Below, piece by piece: positions 56,869 to 64,000 of a DNA stretch of 64,000 nt (position 1 is its first letter; the number at the start of each line of letters is the position of its first letter). The notes below the pieces were generated by a model that did not search any database, was not told where the DNA came from, and saw only the letters and a program-made list of their open reading frames with translations. Source of the stretch: Acidimicrobiia bacterium (GTDB lineage Bacteria; Actinomycetota; Acidimicrobiia; Acidimicrobiales; Poriferisodalaceae); contig JAJDTF010000099.1 of assembly GCA_022827265.1 (NCBI GenBank), forward strand, positions 71,105-135,104. The letters are read 5' to 3'. The translations under genes and the position numbers were made by a program.

Positions 56869-58977
56869 ATGAGCGAAGCGGCGCTCAGCGCATTTCGGGA
56901 CAGCGTGCAGGTAGTGCTGCAGCGCAGCGCGGCGGGCGTCGACACCGACGCAGTGCAGGCTGGTGTCGACGAAGCCGTCGTCAGCGGTCGCGCTCTGCTA
57001 GTCGACTCGGCCATCCAGGAGGTCACAGCTGCAGCGGCGGAGTTGGACAGCGCCGTTCGGATCCTGCGCCGCCGCGGGGTAGCTGCCGAGGCGCTGGTGG
57101 CGCTCGGTGATGAGTTCGACGCATCACTGCTCGTCGCGCTCACGGCAGAGGCGCGGCGAGATGCCCGCGAATTTGCCCACAGCATCGGCGAGCGCATCTT
57201 GGACGCGGTGCGGGTGCAGCCGGCGTCCCCCAGCGAGCTGGCCGACCGGCTCGGCGTCGAGATCAGCCAGGTCAGCAGGGCCGCTCGGGGGTTGCGAGAC
57301 TCCGGCGAACTCGCCGTGGATCAGGTGCCCGGCGATGGTCGCCGAAGGCTGTACCGAGCTGTGCACCACGAAGCTGGGGCGAGACGTCGCCAAGGCTGGC
57401 GAGCTTTTGTGGAGCGGCTATCGGCGCTGCGCGCCGACGACGTGAGCAGTGACTTGCTGCCGGGGCGCGCAGGTGACGACCTCTCTCGGCAGGGGATGGA
57501 CACCGTCTGTGCGGCGTTCCGGCAGGATCTCGAATGGAGCCGCTACGAACCGACGCCTGTGTACGAGGTGGATATTCCCAAGACGAGCGGCGGAGTGCGT
57601 CCTGCCGCGGCGCTGCGGTTGGCTGACCGGCTGGCGTATGCCGCACTGGTCGAACGCTGTCGGGCCGAGATCGAGGCCAGCCTGACCTCTCGCCGGGCCG
57701 TGCTGTGGCCGAGGGGGTTCAAGAGCGACAAGCAATGGGTGCAGTTGGAGGGGTTCGTCAGCGAGAGCGCTGAGACGCATGTGCTGTCCCTCGACATTCA
57801 ATCGTTCTACGACTCGATTCGGCACGATGTGCTCGCCGAAGCGTTGGAGCGAGCGGGATGCGACCGTGCTGTGGTCGTCGCCCTGCAGGAGTGGCTCGGC
57901 GAAATCACCTGTGGCCGCAAGCGGGGCCTGCCCCAAGGACTTGCCGCGTCCGACCCGCTCGCCACTTTGGTGTTGGCACCGCTCGATCAGGCGTTGGCCG
58001 CGACTGGGGCCCGCTACGTGCGCCACGGCGACGACCTGAGAATCCTTGGCACCTATGACGAAGTCGAGGACGCAGAGCGACTGGCGCGAGCGCAGCTGAG
58101 GACACTGGAACTGACGGTCAATGACGACAAGACACGAGTGCTCTGTCACGACACCTACATGGACCGTCGCACGGAGGTCGACAGCGCTGTTCGCCAGTAC
58201 CTCGCAGCACCGGACCGCGTCGAGCGCAGCGCGGCCGTGATCACTCTGCTCGACGCGCTGGGTGCCGAAGAGGAATTGTCGTGGAGCTGGTACCACGACA
58301 CGCTCAGAGTCCAGGAAGTCTTGTCGTCTGTGGGCTCGACGCTGCAGCCGAGCGACACCGAGGCTCTGATGTACGTACTGCAGGAAGTAGCCGAGGCAGA
58401 GGAGACTTCCGCGCGATTCCACCAGCGATGGGCCGCCCGCCGTCGGAGGCAGCCCGAGACGTTCCTGATGCAAGCGGGGCTTTCATTGCTCGCAGCTGCC
58501 GGCGATGCGGCCCCCGCTGAGGAGTTCAAGGCATCGGTGGTTGCGCGGCCCGAGTACGCCGATTTCCTGTCCACCTACGTCGAAGAAACTGCGCCGACGA
58601 ACCCGGCCGCCGTTGCGGGGCTGCTGCAGCGCATCGAGGAGACCGGGATCACTTACGACGCGCAATGGCTGCGCCTGTATTCGGTACTCGGTGATGCGGG
58701 CGCGACCGGGGCATTCGACGACCTCGCGCAGATTCATACGGCCTCCACCGAACAGGGCTGGATGCGGCGCCTGCCAGCCGCCCGCTTCTTGGCAAGCCGA
58801 GGCCGGCTCGATACTGCGTATCTGCCGGAAATTGTCGAGAACGCGCCTGAAGCCCTGCGCGATGACGTCCTGCAAATCGTGAAGCACTCGTCGCCACTTC
58901 ATTCCAAGCAATCGGTCCACAAACTCATCCGCAAAGAGGGCGCGACGGCTGCCGCTCTGATTGCAGCCACAGCATGA
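56869..58977 (+). CDS. reverse transcriptase, UG/Abi-like (wHTH - RT - helical-repeat C-terminus)
   Basis: RT motifs: IPKTSGGVRP, LSLDIQSFYDSI, GLPQGLAASDPLA, YVRHGDDLRI (D388-D389 at 58030-58035), LTVNDDKT. The C-terminal about 270 aa are helical. The N-terminal wHTH-like segment is aa 105-165. Confidence 0.9.
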   Translation: MSEAALSAFRDSVQVVLQRSAAGVDTDAVQAGVDEAVVSGRALLVDSAIQEVTAAAAELDSAVRILRRRGVAAEALVALGDEFDASLLVALTAEARRDAREFAHSIGERILDAVRVQPASPSELADRLGVEISQVSRAARGLRDSGELAVDQVPGDGRRRLYRAVHHEAGARRRQGWRAFVERLSALRADDVSSDLLPGRAGDDLSRQGMDTVCAAFRQDLEWSRYEPTPVYEVDIPKTSGGVRPAAALRLADRLAYAALVERCRAEIEASLTSRRAVLWPRGFKSDKQWVQLEGFVSESAETHVLSLDIQSFYDSIRHDVLAEALERAGCDRAVVVALQEWLGEITCGRKRGLPQGLAASDPLATLVLAPLDQALAATGARYVRHGDDLRILGTYDEVEDAERLARAQLRTLELTVNDDKTRVLCHDTYMDRRTEVDSAVRQYLAAPDRVERSAAVITLLDALGAEEELSWSWYHDTLRVQEVLSSVGSTLQPSDTEALMYVLQEVAEAEETSARFHQRWAARRRRQPETFLMQAGLSLLAAAGDAAPAEEFKASVVARPEYADFLSTYVEETAPTNPAAVAGLLQRIEETGITYDAQWLRLYSVLGDAGATGAFDDLAQIHTASTEQGWMRRLPAARFLASRGRLDTAYLPEIVENAPEALRDDVLQIVKHSSPLHSKQSVHKLIRKEGATAAALIAATA

Positions 58978-59008
58978 TGCTGACGTCAGAACGGAAGAGG
59001 CTGTCAGC

Positions 59009-62000
59009 ATGAGTTCTGCCACAGAGGCCGCGTTCGAGGCGCATATTGCCGACTGGTTGGTGGCACATGGTGGTTATCTGCGGGTCAAGATCGGCAATGC
59101 GGCAGACGAGCCGCAGGACTTCGATGCTGCGGCCGGGGTCGATACGGCTGATCTATTCGAGTTCATCGGAAAGACACAGGGTGCTGATTGGGAACGCTTG
59201 GTCACGACTGCCTACGGCGGCGACCGTGACAAGGCGCAGACCGGATTCGCGCTGCGGTTGGCGGCCGAGTTGGACAAGCGGGGCACCGTTGACGTGTTGC
59301 GGCGGGGTGTGGTGGATCGCAACGTCACGATCCAGCTCGCCTACTTTCGGCCTGCTCATGGCTTGACGCCCGAGTTGGCTGAGCGCTACGACGCGAACGT
59401 GCTGTCGGTCACCCGGCAGTTGCCCTTCGAACCGGGCAGCAACCAGACCGTCGATCTGGGCCTGTTCGTGAACGGCGTTCCCGTGGCCACGGCTGAGCTC
59501 AAGAACCCGCTCACGGGTCAAGGCGTCGAGGATGCCGTCGCTCAGTACCGCAAGCGTCCGCAGGGGAACCGAACCTTGGGTCGGCTCGGCATGGTGCATT
59601 TCGCCGTTGATCCGTTCTCGGTGGCGATGACCACCCGGCTGGCCGGAGCGAGCACTCGGTTCCTGCCATTCAACCAAGGTCATGAACTCGGCAAGGGCAA
59701 CCCTCCGAACGCCAACGGGCACAGCACCTCGTACCTGTGGGAGCAGGTGTGGCACCGTGACGCCTGGCTGGACATCTTGGGCCGCTTCATTCATGTCGAC
59801 AAGCCGTCGAAGGGTTCCAAGGCTCGTCCCGAGGTCATCTTTCCGAGGTTCCACCAGTGGGATGCCGTGCGGCGACTCGAGGCCGACGCCCGGCAGCACG
59901 GGCCGGGTCGCAGCTACCTGGTGCAGCACTCTGCGGGTTCGGGCAAGTCCAACTCGATCGCATGGCTGGCGCACCGGCTGTCCTCGCTGCATGCCGCAGA
60001 CGACGGCAGGGTCTTCGACAAGGTCGTAGTGATCACCGACCGGCTCGTGCTTGACCGCCAACTGCAAGACACGATCAGCCAATTCGAACATGCAGTGGGC
60101 GTGGTGCAGCGCATCGAGGAGTCCTCCGCGCAGCTCGCTGAGGCGTTGGCTGGCGAGCAGGCGCGCATCATCGTCACGACGCTGCAGAAGTTCCCGCACG
60201 TCTTCGACAAGATCGGATCGCTGCCCGAACGCAGCTATGCGGTCATCGTCGATGAGGCCCACTCGTCACAGACCGGCGAGGCCGCCAAGGAACTGCGGCG
60301 AGCGCTTGGCTCGGCCGAGCCTGAGATCGACGACGGCGCAGACGTGGAGCCCGGCGAGGCCGAGGTGCTGCTGGCCGAGGCCGTGGCGGCGCGGGGACCA
60401 CAGCCCAATCTGTCGTTCTTCGCGTTCACCGCGACCCCCAAGGGCCGAACCTTGGAGCTCTTCGGCGAGCCCGACGACAACGGCAAGCATCAGCCGTTCC
60501 ATCTGTACCCGATGCGCCAAGCCATCGAAGAGGGTTTCATCATGGACGTGCTGGCCGGGTACACGACCTACACGCAGTACTCCCATCTGGAAAAGGCGAT
60601 CCTCGAGGATCCCTCCTATGAGACCGGCAAGGCCCGCAGCGCGCTGGCCCGGTTCGTCACTCTGCACCCCGACAACCTGGCGCAGAAGGCCGAGATCGTC
60701 GTGGAGCATTTCCGCTCGAAGATCGCCCGCCAAGTCGGGAAAAAGGCGAAGGCGATGGTGGTGTGCTCGTCGAGACCCCATGCGGTGCGGATGTGGGAGG
60801 CGCTGCGCGGCTACGCAGCGAACAACGGCTACGAGCTCGGGGTGCTGGTGGCGTTCTCGGGCGAGGTCGACGGGCTGACAGAGACGAAGGCGAACGGCTT
60901 CGGCGAGTCGCAGACCGCGGCGCAGTTCGACACCGACCAGTGGCAGATCATGGTGGTGGCGGAGAAGTTCCAAACCGGGTTCGACCAGCCGAAACTGGCC
61001 GCCATGTACGTCGACAAGACGCTGACGGGGCTGGCCGCTGTGCAGACGCTGTCGAGGCTCAACCGCATCCATCCCGACAAGTCGGGAACCTTCGTCGTGG
61101 ACTTCGTGAACGACGCCGATGAGATCGGCGAGGCGTTCGCGGTGTACCACGGCAAGACTGTCGCGCCGCCGACCGACCCGAACCTGCTGTTCGACACCCG
61201 GCACGACCTCGACGGATTCGGCGTGCTCGACACGGGCGAGATGCAGAGGGCCGCTGCGCTGCTGCTGAGCGAGAACGCACACGCTCAGGTGCATGCTGCG
61301 CTTCAGCCGGCGGTTGAACGTTTCGGCGGGCTGTCCGACGAGGATCAGGAAGCCTTTCGGGATGCGCTCGGGCGATTCGTGCGCGTCTATGGCTTCCTGT
61401 CGCTCGTGGTGCCGTTCCGCAACCCTGAGCTCGAAAGGGACTGCCTGTTTTGCCGTGCGCTGGCCGCGATCATCCGAGATTCTTCGGCAGGCGAGACCAT
61501 CAACCTGGGCTCGGAGGTGGAGCTGACCCACCTGCGGCACGAACTGGCCTTCGAAGGACCGATCGAACTGCCCGGCGGCGAAGCCGAGGTGACGACCATC
61601 TACTCCGGAACCGGTCCGATGGTGGACCCCGAAGAGGAACGCCTGTCGGAGATCATCGCCCGCATGAATGAGCGCTTCGGCACCACTTGGACCGACGAGG
61701 ACCGCTTGGTGTTCGAGGCAGCCGCCAGCGACCTGATCGCCGACGTTCACGTGCAGAACCAGGCCGCCAGCAACGACGAGGCCACATTCCGTGACCACGT
61801 GTTCCCCGACCGGTACGAGAAGGCGTTGCTGGCACGAATCGACCGCAACAGCGGACTGATCTACGAGTACCTCGACGACGAGAACCTGCAAGCGGCGGTG
61901 CGCGACATCTATGCCGTGGAAGTCCATCGGCGTGCCACGGTGGCTCGCCAGCGAACCTGTCCCATCGGCGAACTGCTCGGCGCTGACCGGGAGTCGCAGT

Positions 62001-62491
62001 TCTTGGAGTACAGGTCCACATTGCGCTGGGACATCCGTGAACAGCGCAAGGGCGGCCACCCTGAGGATGCAGCGATCAAGACCATCGCCGGGTTCGCAAA
62101 CTCGGCCGTCGGCGGCACGCTGCTGGTGGGCATTGCCGACGACGGCACGGTGCTCGGCCTAGAGGATGACTTCGCCACGTTCTCCAAGCGAGGCGAACGT
62201 GGCGACCACGACCTGTGGGGGCAACACCTCGACAACCTGATCCGCAACCGCCTCGGGGACTCTGTGCTGCCGCTGCTGGCGACGGAGTTCCACGTGATCA
62301 ACGGCAACCACGTTGCCCGAGTCAGCATCGACCCATCGGGCTTCCCGATCTACGAACGCAAGGGCGACAGCCAGGTTTTCTGGCTCCGCACCCCCACCTC
62401 CACCGTCGAGGTCCGCGACGCCGAAGAACGCGACCGCATCATCGCCCGCCGCTGGCCCCCAGCACCCCAGGCAACGGCTATCCGTTCGTAG
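59009..62491 (+). CDS. hsdR: type I restriction endonuclease subunit R fused to a C-terminal AlbA_2 (Schlafen-like) domain
   Basis: Nuclease DLGLFVNGVPVATAELKN; helicase motifs HSAGSGKS, VIVDEAHSSQ, FAFTATP, QTGFDQP. C-terminal ESQFLEYRS...IKTIAGFANSAVGGTLLVGIADDGTVLGL. The ATG at 59009 with an upstream gagg is preferred over the TTG at 58961. Confidence 0.9.
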   Translation: MSSATEAAFEAHIADWLVAHGGYLRVKIGNAADEPQDFDAAAGVDTADLFEFIGKTQGADWERLVTTAYGGDRDKAQTGFALRLAAELDKRGTVDVLRRGVVDRNVTIQLAYFRPAHGLTPELAERYDANVLSVTRQLPFEPGSNQTVDLGLFVNGVPVATAELKNPLTGQGVEDAVAQYRKRPQGNRTLGRLGMVHFAVDPFSVAMTTRLAGASTRFLPFNQGHELGKGNPPNANGHSTSYLWEQVWHRDAWLDILGRFIHVDKPSKGSKARPEVIFPRFHQWDAVRRLEADARQHGPGRSYLVQHSAGSGKSNSIAWLAHRLSSLHAADDGRVFDKVVVITDRLVLDRQLQDTISQFEHAVGVVQRIEESSAQLAEALAGEQARIIVTTLQKFPHVFDKIGSLPERSYAVIVDEAHSSQTGEAAKELRRALGSAEPEIDDGADVEPGEAEVLLAEAVAARGPQPNLSFFAFTATPKGRTLELFGEPDDNGKHQPFHLYPMRQAIEEGFIMDVLAGYTTYTQYSHLEKAILEDPSYETGKARSALARFVTLHPDNLAQKAEIVVEHFRSKIARQVGKKAKAMVVCSSRPHAVRMWEALRGYAANNGYELGVLVAFSGEVDGLTETKANGFGESQTAAQFDTDQWQIMVVAEKFQTGFDQPKLAAMYVDKTLTGLAAVQTLSRLNRIHPDKSGTFVVDFVNDADEIGEAFAVYHGKTVAPPTDPNLLFDTRHDLDGFGVLDTGEMQRAAALLLSENAHAQVHAALQPAVERFGGLSDEDQEAFRDALGRFVRVYGFLSLVVPFRNPELERDCLFCRALAAIIRDSSAGETINLGSEVELTHLRHELAFEGPIELPGGEAEVTTIYSGTGPMVDPEEERLSEIIARMNERFGTTWTDEDRLVFEAAASDLIADVHVQNQAASNDEATFRDHVFPDRYEKALLARIDRNSGLIYEYLDDENLQAAVRDIYAVEVHRRATVARQRTCPIGELLGADRESQFLEYRSTLRWDIREQRKGGHPEDAAIKTIAGFANSAVGGTLLVGIADDGTVLGLEDDFATFSKRGERGDHDLWGQHLDNLIRNRLGDSVLPLLATEFHVINGNHVARVSIDPSGFPIYERKGDSQVFWLRTPTSTVEVRDAEERDRIIARRWPPAPQATAIRS

Positions 62492-63146
62492 CAACCCGAT
62501 CGCAGCATTCGGAAACCGAGTCGCGGAAGCGGTCGAACGAAGGGCTCCGACCTGTCGGTTGGGCACCCGCCTCGAGGGCGGCGGCGACACGGCCGGCGAC
62601 GCGTGGCGAGTCGGCGGCACTGTAGGCGTCGCGCCGGTTGGTTCGACCGGTTCTTCGGCTCAGATCTTCCTTCGGGTTCTGCACCGCGTCTCGATCTGCT
62701 GGAGACCGGTCGAGTTGGCCTCGCCACGAATTGCGCACTTCCTCCGCTGCGTCGGGAAAGAGCATCCACCACGACTCGATTTCTTGAACAGGCACGACGG
62801 CATGGGCATCGGTCAGGCCAACTGCCCGAAGCGCATCTTCGGTTTGGGCTTGGAGTCGACCCGTGGCGTCGGGCGCGTCGGAGTCTCTATGAACGAAGAC
62901 ACAGGCGACGGGTCGCCGGTTTGCACGTACGACATCGGCGACACGTTCTGTCCATGCGTGAACGGCCTCAGGCGAAGCAGACCGCTGCAGCGAGGGAGGT
63001 GCGTTCCGGGCCTTGACACGTCCTTGGAGTTCGGGGCAGAGCGCCTCGATCAAGCGCGCAACAGAGCGAGCATCGTTGGTGTTCTCACCGAAGACGAGCA
63101 CGACTGAGGCGCGTGCGTTCGGTGTTCGACGGGCCACCGTTGCCAT
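62478..63146 (-). CDS. DUF4276-like (Toprim-like) protein
   Basis: 222 aa, 8 nt downstream of an ABC-type ATPase gene. VLVFGENTND..., VFVHRDSD and VVPVQEIESWWML resemble the E / DxD / E.EAW pattern I associate with DUF4276. The 3' end overlaps hsdR by 14 nt (convergent). Confidence 0.55.
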   Translation of the reverse strand: MATVARRTPNARASVVLVFGENTNDARSVARLIEALCPELQGRVKARNAPPSLQRSASPEAVHAWTERVADVVRANRRPVACVFVHRDSDAPDATGRLQAQTEDALRAVGLTDAHAVVPVQEIESWWMLFPDAAEEVRNSWRGQLDRSPADRDAVQNPKEDLSRRTGRTNRRDAYSAADSPRVAGRVAAALEAGAQPTGRSPSFDRFRDSVSECCDRVATNG

Positions 63147-63154
63147 CTGTCGGC

Positions 63155-64000
63155 TCAGTCGGGAACGCCGCCGAGGGCACCGCCAAACCAGAGTTCACCG
63201 AGGCCCAGCTTGGACTTGAGCGCCACCCGTCGCAACTTGCCGCTCGGGATACAGGGAATGAGCGAAGCACCCGTTTCGGCGTCTCGGTCACACACAACTA
63301 GTTCGTCTGGTTGAAGGCGGTTGACGAAGGTGGGGGCGTGTGTCGTGACGAGCAGTTGTGTGTGCTGAGAAGCAGCCCTCATGCGCTCGACGAGTAGGTC
63401 GAGTGCGTAGGGATGCAGCCCGTGATCGGCTTCCTCGATCGCCGTGAACGGGGGCGGGTCTGGTTCATGCAACGCAGCCAGTAATGCAAGCAGCCGAACG
63501 GTGCCGAATGATGCGTCGGCCAAGTCGATCGGTGCGCGGACACCCCGCTCGCGCAACATTACGGCCACGCCGCGACTGGAGCCGCCGACTGGTTCGAACT
63601 CAATGCCCTTGAGACCCGGCAGGCAGTCGCGCACCTCGTCTACGAGGATCGAGAACGTGTCAGGTGCCTCCTGCGACAGATGGTGCAGTACCGAGGCCAG
63701 ATTGCTGGCATCGTCCGCGAGAGTTTCTCGGATGATTCGGAAGGGCCTCCGAGCGGCGATCATGTCCGGTTCGAGCACACGGATATCCGTGAGGAATCGT
63801 GCCAAGGAACGGATGCCCTCGCCGCCTTCTTCGTCGGACCAGTCGGGAAGCGTCGCTAGGCCTGTGGTTTGCGGGTCTGCAAGGCGGCGAGTGGTCGGCT
63901 CATGGTCACCCGGATCGTCTCGAACGATCTCGACCTTCTGACCCGAAACGGTGATGCGACGACCCTGGCCCTTGACACGCTTGAACGAGAATGTCTCTCT
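63155..64000 (-). CDS. AAA_15/AAA_21-type (ABC-like) ATPase, 5'-truncated by the window edge
   Basis: I translated the frame beyond the track's TTG start (63805) and found it stays open to position 64000. Features include FGTVRLLALLAAL, Walker B/D-loop FTAIEEADHGLHP and H-loop LLVTTHAP. Walker A must lie outside the window. Confidence 0.8.
   Translation of the reverse strand, partial: RETFSFKRVKGQGRRITVSGQKVEIVRDDPGDHEPTTRRLADPQTTGLATLPDWSDEEGGEGIRSLARFLTDIRVLEPDMIAARRPFRIIRETLADDASNLASVLHHLSQEAPDTFSILVDEVRDCLPGLKGIEFEPVGGSSRGVAVMLRERGVRAPIDLADASFGTVRLLALLAALHEPDPPPFTAIEEADHGLHPYALDLLVERMRAASQHTQLLVTTHAPTFVNRLQPDELVVCDRDAETGASLIPCIPSGKLRRVALKSKLGLGELWFGGALGGVPD

Noticed and set aside
56869-58977. 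RT as a group II intron maturase or a retron RT.
   Set aside because: Only 43 nt upstream and 31 nt downstream are non-coding. That leaves no room for intron RNA domains, and no X/En domains are recognisable. At 702 aa with a long helical C-terminus, it is unlike the 300-400-aa retron RTs. I could find no msr/msd-like inverted repeats nearby.

Overview
This is a densely coding, high-GC segment that looks like actinobacterial chromosome. Hand counts of single 60-nt lines give about 70% GC in core genes and 40-47% in a few islands.

Gene content from left to right:
- 0-14.7 kb: an orphan DUF433 gene and a HigB/HigA-like pair, then rnj-dapA, an acyl-CoA ligase, ftsK, a 1.9-kb insert, a P450 and an MBL hydrolase.
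- 14.8-25.2 kb: an inositol-catabolism and sugar-ABC cluster (IolE-like, SBP, an oversized permease, ATPase, Gfo/Idh/MocA, iolD, iolG, LacI).
- 25-36.9 kb: redox and CoA-metabolism genes.
- 36.9-43.4 kb: a DUF222-HNH + sbcCD block bounded by ~90-bp direct repeats.
- 43.5-50.4 kb: more metabolic genes and a family-A polymerase lacking a 5' nuclease domain.
- 50.4 kb to the window end: a defence island. It holds an orphan HigA-like HTH, type I R-M hsdM-hsdS, an AT-rich antisense two-gene cassette, a nitrilase-domain protein plus a UG/Abi-like reverse transcriptase, and hsdR fused to an AlbA_2/Schlafen-like domain. It ends with a convergent ATPase + DUF4276-like pair; the ATPase runs off the window.

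I recognised no rRNA, tRNA, CRISPR array, integrase or transposase.

The main lead is the split nitrilase/RT module, with an extra wHTH on the RT, wedged between hsdS and hsdR. The second lead is that four separate loci carry duplicated copies of the last 30-90 bp of a gene. Two of them flank inserted DNA, and three relic copies keep the reading frame and a stop codon.

All family assignments come from motif recognition by eye and need profile searches to confirm.
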